64,000 bases of DNA, taken from positions 307,923 through 371,922 of the forward strand of contig ML996698.1 of the NCBI GenBank assembly GCA_010356995.1. The letters run 5' to 3'. The position numbers were made by a program, and so were the translations under genes. Positions 1 through 13,794 of this stretch are shown piece after piece. Position 1 is the stretch's first letter, and each line of letters starts with the position of its first letter. The stretch is from Trichodelitschia bisporula. Its lineage: Eukaryota. The notes beneath the pieces are model-generated. The model did not search any database, was not told the DNA's origin, and saw nothing but the letters and a program-made list of their open reading frames with translations.

Positions 1-2284
1 TGGACTACGTGCAAACCGAAGCGGTAGACTCTAGAGATGGATGCGTAAGTGCGAGTGACGGGAGCAGATCTTCGCTGTCAAAGAACGCCAAAGGATAGGG
101 ATGCAGATGCAAGATGCAAGCGGCGTGGGGGTGCGTGAGACTCTAGTAATAAGCGACGAGCAAAGCTCCTTCGAGGAAAGGACAACAAAGAAGAAGAGGC
201 GGACGTCAAGAAAGAGGCTCCCCAGGGAGTAGGTGAAGAGGAGTGGTTAGAGAAGAGGGGAAATAACAGATGACGGAGCTGAGCGTGCTGAAGGTTGGCG
301 GAGGAGAGGCAGGCGGATGCAACGGCGCAGCTGCAGGCAGCGGCCGACAACCTTGCTTGGTCAGTGTCGGTGGCTGACTTTTGGTGGTTGGCAGGCAAAG
401 TCGAGGCCTTGGCTCGTGGTTCCTCGACAAAGACAGCGCGGATACGGAGGTTGTGAGAACACCGACTGCAAGAGCACGCGAGAACGGGACCCGATGGCGC
501 TTTTGGCGATATCGAGGGTGTTGCTTCAGGAACAAGAAGAAGAAGTTAACGAAATAATGGAGAAGGAGAGCGGAAGAAGTGGACGAAAGCGACTTAATGT
601 TGGCGTCATGACAACCACGACCAGGTCTGCCTTGATCTCTGTAGCTCAGATACGATAGGCGCCTCTCAGCACGGGGTTCTCCTCTCCTATGGTATCGAGA
701 TGCTGCAGCAAAAGCACGTCAGCCCTTACTGACATTAGGCGGTTATCTTCGTCTGTCAGCACGGCAGCATGGCCAGACGTTGCATGATCTGAGCACGAGA
801 ACCTTCCACCATTTTGCCTGCTGATTGACTGATCTCATCCATGCACTTGGAAGCAGGCTGGATCACGGGATTTTGCGCCTATCGACCTCTGCAACATCGA
901 ACATTGATGGCATTGACGGCTTTCGTATCTTTATCATGCAATCACACTCTCCCTTACGGTGCTATGCGTCAAACAGTACTCACGATGGAGAGCCCCTGGG
1001 TGTGCCGTCTGTCTCTCCGGAAGTCAGTTGACCGCCATCCTCTCCCACTGATACGGCAACTCCCACAACGAGCGAGCACACAACCCGCAGTGATATCGTC
1101 AGCATGCGCCATGAGGATCCGGAACTCCAAAAAATCCAAAGCCGCCAGGCAAGCTTTGGGCATTCAATTATATAGGCCTCATGCCTTGAAGAACATTGAC
1201 CGGACCGCCAACACCGCCTCTCAACCAACCTCTGATGAGACAGGCTCGCATGATAGTTCCCCCCATCTGTACAGCATCATGACTAGTCATCCAACCGGCT
1301 TCCCCGGCGCTTGTCCGACCACTAGTACTCTGCGAGCTCCGGGTGAATCGGAACTCGGATGTCGCACTCATCACCACTTCGGCCCGTATTATTCGGCCCG
1401 ATCGCAGGTGTCGGACCTTGGAGATGGCAACTGTTCAACAGCCGCACGAGGTACTTCACAATTCCTTGCGAAGGCCAATAACCTCCAGACTTGCGGTGCT
1501 GCTATCGCGGGCATCTCATGGTTCGCTCTTGTTCCACCGACATTCTACCCAAAAGATTTGGCAGATGGTCCCGGTGAGGTCACTTTCGCTCGGATCTTCC
1601 GCAGCAGCCCAGATAGGAGTCATAGACTGGTTCTTGCTCCTAGGTTATACACATTGCAGCTCATCATCATTGCCAGTAAAGAGGGCAGCCTTTTGAACTA
1701 GGTCCACTGAAAACCACAGCATCTTGCTAAAAAGACACCTCCCCGTCATATCAACTTCAGGACTTCCCCCTTTGCAGAAGGCCCTGAAAGACGTCCACAC
1801 AACCTTCATTGCAGGCTGACCCTCGACCCCGTTCAAGTAACGAAACTCAACCTACTGTGGCCACCATCTCACCAGGGATGATGGGAGCAAAGGCTCATTA
1901 CGTGCGAAGGTAACTTGCAATGCTGATGATTGAAGTAAAGACAAAGAGAGGAAGAGAGTCGGAGACTCTCGAGACTTTTAAACACACGATGCCAAGTATC
2001 CTCCTTTTCTCCATCCCTCTATCGATGCGCTTATTACACCATGCTCCTTCCACATCTACCTCGAGAGAAGTCGCTCCCCGTGCTGTCCACTCGTCACCAA
2101 CCCCCCCGAGAAAGTCTTCTCACCTCCATCCTCTCCACACCGCTAACCTCCATCATCTCTCCAATGGATCCCATCTCGCACCTGATTCAACTCTCCCCAC
2201 ATCCACAAAGCCATTGTCCCCTCCCCGCCCTCCCTCCAAGACGTCAACCCGTCCCCTCCTCCCCTCCCGACCCGCATCCGCAGC

Positions 2285-2713
2285 ATGCAATGCAAACTTC
2301 ACCCGACGCCGGACGCCTTCCTCCCACAGCATCAACCTAAGCGTCAACGACAGCAGCAGCCGCAACAGCAGCAGCCGCCAACACCCCGGAGCCGTTTCGT
2401 TTCATCTTCCCCACTGCATCAGCGCCTGCGTCCGGCGATGTCGTCCCCGCCTGCGCGGCCGCGCCCGACACCCATCCGCCTCTTGCCCGCCGCACCGGCT
2501 GCTGCATCGGCAGGCAGACGGGCGAGTCGTGAACGGCAGGAGATCGCTCCGGCGATCGTGTATGGTGCGGATCGCGAGGCTGTAGACGACGCCCGGAGAG
2601 CTGGCGGATATCGAGTCCCCCGGGACATCGCTCGCCCGAGTCTGGAACCCGCTTCACCTCTGCGCGGCGAGTCTAGAGCCAACCTCACTTCACCTCGACC
2701 CGCGGGTTGCTAA
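2285..2713 (+). CDS. Possible small Gln/Pro-rich hypothetical protein (142 aa)
   Basis: ATG-started ORF after a pyrimidine-rich 5'UTR-like tract, with a CAG/CAA poly-Gln stretch. No recognisable domain; may be non-coding. Confidence 0.25.
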   Translation: MQCKLHPTPDAFLPQHQPKRQRQQQPQQQQPPTPRSRFVSSSPLHQRLRPAMSSPPARPRPTPIRLLPAAPAAASAGRRASRERQEIAPAIVYGADREAVDDARRAGGYRVPRDIARPSLEPASPLRGESRANLTSPRPAGC

Positions 2714-4227
2714 TCCAACCCCGTCCATAGCTCCCCCTCCACGAATACCAGATCGGACACTCCCATCCCCCTCCCCCTCTTCCCCAGCTTCACACTCCCC
2801 ATCCACCCCCCACAACCCACCACCCTCAACCCACCGCTGTACAACACTGTACCACCACCCCCCCCTCCCCCCCTCATCACCCACCACAGCAGGCTGCACC
2901 CGCGGCGCAGGCCCGCCTCCCACAGCACCACAACAGCACACTAACAGCAACAGCGCACCCCCACCTCCCCTCCTCCTTCTCATCCTCCTCTCAAATCCCC
3001 CCTCCCCTCCCCACCAAGATCAGCGCTCATACATCATACATCTCCCCACCCCACCCGTCCACCGGGTACATATCCCCCCCTCCGCCGATCCCCCTTCCGC
3101 TCCTCTCGCCGATCGCCTTCCGGCCCGCGTCGAGGCCAGCCCATACACTGCCCTCATTCAGCTCCATCGCCCTTCATCCACTCCCATACGCGTAGACCTT
3201 CCATCCACCCTCCATCCTCCCTCCAACCCAGCTACCCACCCAAGCTCCCGCGGCACGCATCCGCATCGCACGACCGCACCCGCACCCTCGCTCGTCCACC
3301 AAACGATAGGACAAGGACGGCGCGCGGCCCGCCCGGCGCGGGGGTAGCGAGTGGAGGCGGAGCGGCGGTTGACGTTGCACATGTTTTCCTCACGCTACTC
3401 GTACACCCCCTCTGCCCACCTCACGTCCCTCTGCCTCCCTCCAGATCCAACCTCCCCTCCAAACCCATGGCCATTACTCAAGGCAAGGAGAGTAGAGGAC
3501 TTCACAGACAAGAAAAGCACGAACACAGTATGCTCAGCTCACTCACGCGCTTATCAGCGCACCTATCATTACTCGTCTGCTCTTCCACCACACAACCCCC
3601 TCCCCCAGCCAGCACTAGCACTTCCTCGGGATATCATAATAACGCGCCCATTAACCCACGAACCCTTTTTGCCGTCCGACCATGCGTGTCCCCTCCAAAC
3701 CCCAGACCCATGCTTTTACCACCCAACCTCAACCCCAAGGCAAGAAAAAAAAGAACCCAGGGTATACCCACCATCCACAACGCAAAACACAGCCTAGAGA
3801 GCACCTGATGTCGTGTCCCCGTCTTTGTCCCCTCGCTCGGGAAAAGAGTGAGAAAAGGGCAACACAGGACAGCACCCTAACCCCGCCCCCCGCCCCCCCA
3901 CCTCCCCCAAGCGCAAAAGAGCAATAGACGCACCACCGCCTCCCATCGCGTTGCCCATGTGCGCCCGGATTACAATCATTCCTCCACCGAGGAGCCCCCC
4001 GAACAACCCAAGCTCCCACCGTCCCATCTATTTTTCCTCCCAAGAGTCTAGCATGTACATGAAAAGAAAAAGCGCAAAGGAGCGTCATGAAGGACAACCA
4101 GTCCACCTCCCCCAGCCCAAAAACGCAAAAAGGGGATATAAGCGGCGTATACATCGTGGCGTCATAAACTCGTGAACCCACACACAGCACAACGGCCTCA
4201 CCCCGAGCGCCGTATCATACAAGCCAC

Positions 4228-5784
4228 TCATCTCCCCCTCCCCGTCAAACTCCCAAGCACCCGCTGCAATGCCCCCCGTCTCGGCGTCTCCCCGAGTCTC
4301 CCCGCAATCTGCACCATCGGCCCCACAATATCCTGATCGCCAAGCGTAGGAAACTTCCCCTCACTCCTCAAGCCACCAAAGCTCGGTATAGCCGCCAGCA
4401 GACCCGGTTCCGCGGACGCGATTACCGGCCCATAATCCTCCCCCGTACGCGCCGCGGCCGCAACCGCCGCGTCGTGACAGCGCCGCCAGGCGTCTTCTGT
4501 CTCAGCCCACTTGGCCTCGGTGAGATGGAAGGTGCGGCTGTGTGGGCCGTAGTGCTCGAGTGTGCGGTGGACGTGCTTGAAGTAGGATGTGCGGGCTGCT
4601 TCCCAATCTGACACTAGTTGGCGGCAGGATGCTGCGGTGGGCGTGGGCGGGTTGTAGGGTTGGGGTTGGATAGTGAAGTTTGCGTGGCCGAGGGAGATGC
4701 TCCATTTGTCTTCGAGGTCGGTGGAGAAGGGGGATTCGGAGGGGGCTTGCGGGGGGTGATGGAGGGAGGAGAGGGAGGGGTGAATGGAGAGGGCGGGCGG
4801 GGACGTGGGTGGGAAGGTGTCTTTGTTCGGCGCGACGCTGGGGGATTGGAGCGGGCTTTGAATCTCCGAGGCTGGTGGGGGGGGGAAGGCGGAGGCGAGG
4901 GGCGGGAGGAGGGGCGTTGAGGCTTGGTGTTTGCGGTCGAAGGGATCGCCCTCCAGGAGTAACGAGGTAGCGATATCAATCGGCGACACCGGCGCACTGG
5001 CGTCCGTAGCCTGGAGACTGTGCACAGGCGTACACGGTGGGTCATAAGTGTCCAGCCCGGGGAAGACGGAGCTTGTCAAAGACGAGGAGCGGCTGGAACC
5101 GGGGCAGGAAGATGTGGCGCTTGCGCTGTGGCGGCCGCCGAGGGGCGCGGAACTGGGTTTGCGGTTGATCCAGCGGCGGGTGAAGGAGGGCATGTGGTCG
5201 GAGATTCGGGCGAGGGGGCTGGTGGGGAGGTCGGCGGAGTCGAGGCGGCGGTGGGTGCGCTGAGTGAGCAGGTCTGGCTCGTAGTCGAAGAAGCCGCTTT
5301 CTAGGTCGTAGTCTTGGAGGCTGTCGCGCAGGGCTGTTGTGGAGTAGGAGGCGAAGTCGCAGGTGGTGTCGCCGTATAATTCACCTGTCTTGTGAGTAAA
5401 GCGCGAGCTAAATGCAGAAGCGGACGTACTTGAGCAGGTTTTGCATCCTGTATCCAGAGACTGAGGCCGATCGGAGAGTTCGGGCTCTGCAGCATCTTCG
5501 GCGAGCTCGACGAGTTGAGGCATAGGCAGTTTTGCAGTTGATGTTGCAGCTTCCGCCTGGTCAAACGACGGCGAAATGGAGACGAGAGACGAAGTAGAGC
5601 TCGGAAAGCGCGAGTGCGAGAAAGTGGGAGTAGGCGGGGTAGACCAGTCCGAGGCCGAGACCATGCATAGCGACGAGGAGCTGCGGCGCAGGCGCGGGGC
5701 AGGCGTTGTTGTCGCAGTGACGTCGACGGCAGAGGACCTGGTCGCAACCAATTTAGGTAGATGAAGTGGTCGGAGCTCGCGCAT
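4228..5784 (-). CDS. Conserved fungal Pro/Ser-rich hypothetical protein, single exon, 518 aa
   Basis: Long uninterrupted ORF. The N-terminus MRELRPLHLPKLV and the C-terminal block WSISLGHANFTIQPQPY...EGKFPTLGDQDIVGPM resemble a widespread Pezizomycotina family of unknown function. Confidence 0.85.
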   Translation of the reverse strand: MRELRPLHLPKLVATRSSAVDVTATTTPAPRLRRSSSSLCMVSASDWSTPPTPTFSHSRFPSSTSSLVSISPSFDQAEAATSTAKLPMPQLVELAEDAAEPELSDRPQSLDTGCKTCSSTSASAFSSRFTHKTGELYGDTTCDFASYSTTALRDSLQDYDLESGFFDYEPDLLTQRTHRRLDSADLPTSPLARISDHMPSFTRRWINRKPSSAPLGGRHSASATSSCPGSSRSSSLTSSVFPGLDTYDPPCTPVHSLQATDASAPVSPIDIATSLLLEGDPFDRKHQASTPLLPPLASAFPPPPASEIQSPLQSPSVAPNKDTFPPTSPPALSIHPSLSSLHHPPQAPSESPFSTDLEDKWSISLGHANFTIQPQPYNPPTPTAASCRQLVSDWEAARTSYFKHVHRTLEHYGPHSRTFHLTEAKWAETEDAWRRCHDAAVAAAARTGEDYGPVIASAEPGLLAAIPSFGGLRSEGKFPTLGDQDIVGPMVQIAGRLGETPRRGALQRVLGSLTGRGR

Positions 5785-8700
5785 GGTCGCCAGAGTTTGT
5801 CGTTGCGGAGAGAGACTGTGAAGACGCGTGGTGCCAGGATCCCATCACCAGGGCTATATAAGGTCTATAAGAGATCGAAGGGCGGAGTAGGCGATCTGTG
5901 GTGGGGGTTGAGGAAACGATTGACCGGGAGAGTAGTGTTGGTGGTTGGGTAGAGTGTGGGGGCGGGGGGAGGGTGAGCGCAGGGCCCGCGAGGCGCGCAA
6001 GAGTTGCGTATTCTGGGTGCGCGTGGTTTATGCTAATGTATCCTTCGCCCGTCCGGGTGAGAGTGGCGGAGGGTGCGGGAACGCAGAGGGTGGCACGACG
6101 GGGGAATGCGTATCGAGGGTTTTGGTGTTTATGGACGGTCGTTGCTCGCGAAAAACTGCACAGCCGCACGTCAGCAGGGCAGTACTTGCTTCAGCTGATC
6201 GAGCCAGTCGCCGAGCTCCGGTGAGAGCCAGTAAGGTGGAGGCGCGCCAGCACGACCAATGCACGTGAGATAATACAAAACGAACCTCTTGATGCGACCA
6301 GGCGATTGTTCGTTTCGTGTGGGAGAACGGAGACAGCCTCGGAGTGGATGAGGAGAGAAGACCGGTGGGGTGTGTGGGGGGGTGAGTTGTTGTTTCTATT
6401 GTGGACGTGTGGCGGCTGGGTAGAAAGCTTGTGAGGGACAGCGATTGGCGAACCGGAGTCGAGAGAAGCGGACGGTGGAGGGTGGACAATAGATACGCGA
6501 TCTATTGCAAGATTATGCAAGACGATGCCAGTGGAGGGTGGTGAACGATAAGTGACGATGGAAGCCAGTGAGACACGGGAGAGGTAGGAAGACGTGTGTG
6601 GACGAGAGAGGAGGAACTGGTGTGTGTATATTTTTAAAAGAGGCGAAAGGTCAGAAACTGAGGCTGGGAGTTCTGGAAACGATGGCTTGGGGAAGCATTG
6701 GTCTCTAAGTAGTAGCAGCGAGAGCTAGGCGGGTATGTACTGGAGTCTGAGCATATCATGTTCGGACCCGGGACGTGGGTGAAGGCGTGGCAAGCATGGG
6801 GGGACATGGGTTATTTTGGCTGGGAGGCGCTGGATGGGCTTGGTGGACGATGGTGGACCTTTTTTCGGGGTTGGGGATGAGGGGGGGAGGGGAAGGGACT
6901 GACGGTGGGCGGGGACTAGGAGATGGTGGTGGGTGAGAGGTGGGGGAGGAAGAGAAAGAGAAAGAGAGAAGGATAGGACCAGAGGGTGGTCTCTAACCAG
7001 GCGAGGAGGAGGCGGGAAACAGACTTCAAACTCACCACCAATCTAACATCTCACTTTCTTCCTCTTTGAGCACATTGAGAGAAACACTCCGCATCGCAGA
7101 GAAGATGGAAAATGAGCTACAACAAGAACAGTTAGCATGAACCGACAACAAAACAACCATGACCACCCACCATCTCGCATACTTCTCGCATGCTGAGTCG
7201 CTGCATGGACGAAGCATCGTCGGCCTTGCCCATCGCGCCCATGTATCATTCTTGCGCCTCTAAAATCCTCAGGCAAGGAATGCCCCAAGCCATCCGCTGC
7301 GCCAGACGCCATTGTGGAGGTCTTGGCTTCGGTCTCTCACTCTTCTCGATTCAGTCGTCTTCGCACTTCGGCTTCTTCTTCTCTCTTCCCGAGCTGCCAA
7401 GCTACATGCGTCTGTTGTGAGATCCGCTGGTGTCGTAGCAGGAGTACACAGAGCAAAAACGGAGAGGGATTTTAAACACTTGCACAGCACAGGCCCATGA
7501 TCGCCCTCCTCTCAAGGGGAAGAAAAGAAGACGGAGAGCGAAAAAAATATGTGGAGTCGGTGGTGGGCCAACAACAGACTCCTCACGGCCATGCAGGAAC
7601 CGCAGGGTTGTCAACAGTCAACAAGACAGGGTTGTCGTCCCTAAGAAAACAAGTCAACAAACAACCCGCAGGAACAAGGCTCTTTGCGCAGTTCGAATGT
7701 TGTGGTAATATCCCAATTCCCCGACGCGCGCCATATTCTGCCCCCATCTCGCGAAATGCACAAAGCAAAGCACACTGCAAGCATGTCAAGCAACGGGTTA
7801 ACGGTGGACAGCCTCGCTTGATCCACCAGTAGTTGCAAGTGTTCCAGGTGCCTCAAGTGCGTTGTCGTCCCTTCGAACGGCATGACGAACCTGCGACCGT
7901 GGGACGACCGTCACCCACTACCGTACACTAGGTTGCGACGACCCGCGATGGTGGATGGACAATGCCAAGTCAGCAAGCAAGCTAAAGCAACACCGCACAG
8001 CTCACAGCGAAGTACACATAAAAGCGAGAGAAAAGCACACTGGGGAGCAGTCATCTGCCTGGCCCCATCTCGCCCCAATCGTGGTGTGGCAGCAATCGTT
8101 CCGCGACTATCGACCCAAGTTACACGGCTCGCGGCACCGCCCGCATCGTCAAATCGCTGGCGAGCAATGCGCAGTGTACGCAGCGCACGCTTAGCAGATG
8201 GCTACGACCTATGCGTTGTTGCAGAATGCACCTCCTACTTGCCTGACGTTCTCCCCGCGACCTACTGTGGTAAGCGGGGTGTGTGGAGCTACATATGTCG
8301 GGCCGGGCATGACACGGCGTTCTGCGCAAATAGCTACTTCAATCCACTTTCTTAGCTACAGATAGCTGCGGTGCAGGCCTCGCTTCGGTATTGACTGTCG
8401 GGTGTCTGAGACGTTGAGAAGAAGGAGGGGAGAGAGAGAGTTGGACATGTCGTCCGATGCGTGAAGTGGGGGAGGACGACTTCCCGCACCTCCCAATGCA
8501 CCCGTAGGACTCCGTCATCCCGTACCCCGTCTACCCGCTACATCTTCATGCTCCTGCTTCCAATGCTCCATGCCTTACCTTGCCTTGCGTCTCTGACAAG
8601 CTGGCAGCCGTCTGCCAGCTGTACGAAAGGTACGTGAGGAGCGGCAGAGCGGGAAGCGCAAACTCGAACGGCCTCCCCCAACCAAGGTCCGGGCTGTGCA

Positions 8701-11700
8701 CATCCATCTTCGACCCCCTCCGTCGTCCACTTCTTTTCTTACTTCTGGACTACTGTACTCATGTACTGGCTGCTGGGTTTTGGCAAGGAGAAGGGATGTT
8801 TCCGTTCCCGTCGAGCAGCAGTGCCCCAGCGACGGCCATCCTCCCGTCACCATCGGACGTCTGTCCAACTGAAACGCACCTGTTTGAAACATCGCTGCCT
8901 CGCTGACCAAAGAATGGCTACGCAACCAGAAGGCTGGAAAACGCGGGGATCTCCAGATTCAGGCTATGGGCGCTTGTCACCAGGTCCATTCGTCAAACAA
9001 CGCCCTGCGAAACGAAAGCAAGCGAGTCAGAAAGGTACAGTATGCGCAGGGAGAAAAGAATCGGAGCCGCGCAAAGCAGTCTGCACCATCGCAGAGCTAC
9101 ACACGTCGAGAACGCACCGCAGCAACAGAACGGAAACGCGCCAAGTTGGGAAAACGTCGAGAGAGTCAGACAAGAGACGTCCGCAAAAAAAACCCAGACA
9201 AGCAAAAAAATTCTCCGTAACCCACACACACCCAGACACCCCACATATCCGCCACGCCCCATTCTCACAGCATCAGACGCATAACATTCCCGCCATCTTC
9301 TCGCCGTCGCAAGTCGCATTCCCCATCCACCCCATCGCAGAACACAGGTCCCAAACCCTCAACGCCCTGTCGTTGCCTGCCCACCATCCAGCCGATTAGG
9401 CGCAGGCGCCCGCCGTCCAGCGGGCACAAGTGGGCTGGTAGAGACCGGGATCATGTTCTCCTCCAACCAGCCCCTCCACTCTGCACCCATGAATAGCCCG
9501 GCCCCACCCGCCAAGATGCTAGGACCTGTTGACGTCAACGGCGGAGCATCGGCCTTGCGATGGGGGCCTGAGGCGCGGATGGGGGGATGCGGGTTTGCGG
9601 CTGGGCGTTGCTGCGAAGAAAGACTGCGGCTGCGGGAAACAACGAGAAGAAGGCCAGCAGCAGGACGGGGTAGAAAGAGACAAGGTAAAGGAAAGTAGGT
9701 AGCCGCGTCGCAGTGCTTGTTCTCTAGGCCGCTTCAGCTTCTGCATCTCTTTCTCGTATCGCGGAGGGAGAGAATGGAGGAGCGGCTCGCGATGCGGCGT
9801 CCCTTACGGGACTGCGTCCCGGGGTTGGACGGAGGGAAGCACGAGAGCGCCACTGGCTACGGAGGTCGATCGACCACCATCGGATTTGACCAAAAATAGG
9901 GTAAGGCCTCTGAACTCACAAGGAAAGCGATACATTCTGCGATCGCGGCGATGCGATATAAGCTTCGTTCTCAGAATCTCATAATTGCTACAGACCAGAC
10001 TCTTCAATATGTATCCCATCCGCGGCCTTCAGTTTCTCCAAGTCGGTAAGCGGCCCCCTCCTGCCATCCAAAACATCGTCGCCCAAAAAAAAGAGGCTGA
10101 CTCTGACACATCGGGGCTTGATCGGCTTTCGGGCACGGCTCCACTCCTGGTGCACCCGTTCCGCACGGGCGAGGTCAAAGCCGCAAGGCGAAAAGCCCAA
10201 AGCCGCAGCCTCACCAGGCCAAAATCACAAGGCGCAAAACCGCTGACAAGCCTCCCGCACTCGCATCCATCCGAACCTGAAAACTTTCCATCAGAATTAT
10301 TTGCCTCTGAATCGCTCTTCATCCCGCCGCCTTACCGCACCTTACCTCCCTTCCAGAAGCCCACCGGCACCCGGCCCGCGCGGGTGTCGGCGCCGCGCGC
10401 CTTACGGGAGCAATCAACCGCTTCAATCCCCCCACCATTCACCGGAATCTGCGCGCGCAAACAAGCATGCTTCCGCCAATGCCATCCTCATGCCCCATCA
10501 TCACGCTGCTCACCGCATTCAACCCCGTCATCTACCGTACGGTAACGTGGGTATCCCCCAGCAGCTTAATCAAACCCGCATCCCCGACCGGGGACCCCAG
10601 CACAGCCCTACGACCACATGCAAGGTACGCATTGCGCGCTCGCGTGGCGCCCGCAGCGCAGAAAACGCGTTGGGTATATACGCCGCGGTATTAATGAGCG
10701 CGTTCGACGAGGGGGACGCGTTGTTTACTGTGTGAGTCGTGTTGTGTGTTTGTGTTTATGTTGTTGCGTGGTTTGGTGGGGTATGTGATGCGGATGGGGA
10801 GATGGAGGGGCGCGCGCATATGCAGCCGCCGTTACAGGAGAGAATGTGTGGATGTGTACTGCAAGTACTACGTAAGGACGATGTTGAAGATACCGAGCCC
10901 GCGCGATGACGCGCTGTGAATCCAGCCTCGGCCTCAGGCCCGCCAAATCCTTACCGTACCCTCTCCCGCCGTTACATAGCGCTTGACATCACAGCGCCGT
11001 CAACTAAGGTTAATCTCCACGCGCCAGGATCGCAACACGGGTGCCTGGCCCCGGTTTGGCATCCCCACTGGGTAGTTCTACGGGGCCCTGACGACCGCGC
11101 TATTCACCCGGGATGTGCGGCCGGGGTGTGAAAACTCTGCTCTTACGTAGTTTGGCAGGCCGAGGCCGACGGTAAGCAGCTCGCTCGGCCGTGGCCGTGG
11201 CCGCCGATGACGGGCCACGGGCGTGCATGAACTACGGCTGGTGAGAAAACAGGGCGAGAAGGAGCTGTTGCGATACGGCGGGCGGGCTAGAAATACATCG
11301 GCACAGCATGTAGTCGGCTACGCTAGGCCTGGCGCTGTGAGTTCGGAGTGGATGAGACCCGCAACGGCGCGCGCCGTTATCGTTTTTTCCACGTGGGTCT
11401 GGGGCGGAGGGGGTTCGGCTGGTTAGGGGGGGGGCTAATGGGGTTGTTGCCTTGACGACGGGCGGGGAGGGTGACATGCTGCCTCCTGGGGTGGGGAGGA
11501 TCAAAGGCTAACTAGACGGTGAGGAACTGGGTTAGGCGAGGCCTAGATGGAGGGGACGGCGAGGTTGATGTCAGCGATCGACGTCGTTGAATATTGATGT
11601 GCGCAGGGTTGGGGACAGAGGAGGTATGACGTCCGTCGCCGGGGAGTTCAAGCATGGCCTGGGGTCCTGGTTGAGCCGAGGAACTTCTGCGGTATCTTGC

Positions 11701-11966
11701 AATTGTGTCATTTGGCGATCGCAGGACGGGATCGTGGTCTTGCTGTTTCTGCGAACGACAAATGTGATATCATAACGCCGAGTGGGTATCCAACCTCTGT
11801 GATAACTCAACACCGGGACCGAGGCACCTCATGTCAGCAGCGCTGGCTTGTAACCCGTCAGCCTAGTTGACCGTGCAAGGCTGGGTAAGTACATCCATAT
11901 GGGAGCAATGAGCATAGGCTGCGGTAAGGGCGGCCGTCATCGTCATGATGCGCTGCCGCACAAAGA

Positions 11967-13794
11967 CTAGCTTGAAACCCAGTGCTTAGTCCATATTGCG
12001 CGCTGCTCCTCAGTTCCATCAAACTGGAAAAGAAAGGTCAGCTATCACTGCAAGCAAGAAGAAGGGGAAACGTACAGCGAAATCCACCTTGATGATGTCT
12101 TGCAACCCCTCCTCCAGCTGAGGCTCGCGGTATCGCTTCTTGAAGTCCGAAAAAGCTACTTTAGGAAGCATGTCTCGCTTCTCAGGGTTCATCTCTTGTT
12201 GTCAGCATTTCCAGTGATCCTAGGGGGAGGAGCATACCTCGCCGCTCAGCGCCCGCATCACATCGTTGTGTTCTGCAACCATGACGGGGGTGGTGAAGTG
12301 GATGCAACGGATGGGGACCTTGAACTTCCTGGCGAGCTTGATCCAGTGCTCCCGTGTTTCTGGGTTCGCATTGGTATTGTCTGGGAAGTCAGCGAGAGAG
12401 GATCATATATGGGAGGTGACGTTGCCACCAGTGCGCGTACCTATCACTACGGACTCACCATCCTCAAGGTGCTGAGTTGCTTTCTTGATGCAGTTCTGTC
12501 GCTGTCAAGGTCAGTATGTCAAATTCCAGGGCTGGAGTAGCATGTACATACCGAACCAAGTATGTCCTGATTTATGCGGACGTATCCTAACGGCTCAAAG
12601 TGCTTCCAGTAAAAGGTTGACTTCCCCGCTCCAGGAGCACCACAGAATATGACAATATCCTGAGGATATTCCTTTTTGAACTCAACCGATGCTACGCCAA
12701 GTTGGTTAGCTAGGATCACCGAGTACTCAACTTGCCCATGAACTCACTTGTGCTGTTCGCCTTCTCATCCAGCTCGGCAAGATAGGCCTTCGGATCGAAA
12801 TCTCTAGACCACGGTCTTGTCGGCTGGCTTAGGAAGAACTCCTCTGGCGTTTTGAAGGGGATTCCGACGTTCTCTGAGAAGCCTCTGGAAGGTGATCAGC
12901 AGGATACTCACTCTGACAGGAACGGCATACCTGTCACTGCAGGAAAAGTCCTTCTGCACCGGCCCCATCTCATCTCGCCCCGCGGCATCGCCCACAAAGA
13001 TGGACGCCTGAAGATCAATATCTTCGTGCTTCAAGCCGAGATCCCGCAACAGCTCATGCCACATCCCCGGTCGCGGCTTACGGAACTGATCAATTCCAGT
13101 CGCAGCAAAGATGCGAATCGGGAGGTCGAGCAGCGTAAGCACATTCTTAGCTTTTGTCTTGAAGTCACCAAGGCGTCTTGCATCGCCCTTCGCAGTCTTG
13201 TTGTTCGTCTTGAGGGATATACCGCCCTGGTTGCTCACTATCGCAAGGATGAAACTGAAGTAATGAGCAGAGGGCTTACAGAGAAGGGGTCGGCGTACCC
13301 TTCGTCGTGGAGGCGGCGTAACGATTCCGGAACGCAGGCGTGCCACCATTTCCAGTCGTCGCTGTTAACGGGGAACTTCTTGCCGGATGTCGTCGCTATG
13401 AGGGTGAAATCCTGGGGGCGAGTAAGCTTGGCGCGAGGAGGCGCCGATCGCGAACGAATCGGGCATCACGTACGAAGTCGAACAGCGCGACCTTGGGTTT
13501 TGAGCCCTTTTCCGTAGTCTCGGGTTTTGGTGAAGGCACATATCGTCCTGCGAGCACTGTTCCGCTCAGGATTCGCCATGTGAGCTTTTCCGGCTCCTTC
13601 TGTGATGCGGGTTTGAAGAAGTTGGCTACGGCGCTCTCTATACGTGGTAGCCATCAGCAACAGAACATCAATGCCCTCTACACCTCCGGCGAACGCTTAC
13701 TTGTGGTGCCTGACTGCATTTTGCGCTTAACGGGCGGCGGCGAAATCGACTCCGCGGAGGGAGACCGCTTAAGGGATGCCTTTTGCCTGTTCAT
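11967..13794 (-). CDS. pnk1: Bifunctional polynucleotide 5'-kinase/3'-phosphatase (PNKP), multi-exon
   Basis: HAD motif DFDFTLI after splicing, DDWKWW, SNQGG, RKPRPGMW, FVGDAAGR, DFSCSDR and the kinase P-loop GAPGAGKS. Several GT-AG introns; ATG at 13794, stop at 11967-11969. Confidence 0.93.

Noticed and set aside
841..1701. 286-aa ORF
   Set aside because: No recognisable motif, and its composition is typical of a chance ORF in GC-rich DNA.
11085..11135. Hammerhead-like CTGACGA...GAAA
   Set aside because: The stem after CUGACGA closes about 9 nt before GAAA, and no matching stems I/III were found.
11410..11435. Minus-strand CCCTAACC as an alternative telomerase template
   Set aside because: It is embedded in a homopolymer run and I found no associated CR4/5-like element; weaker than the 43889 candidate.
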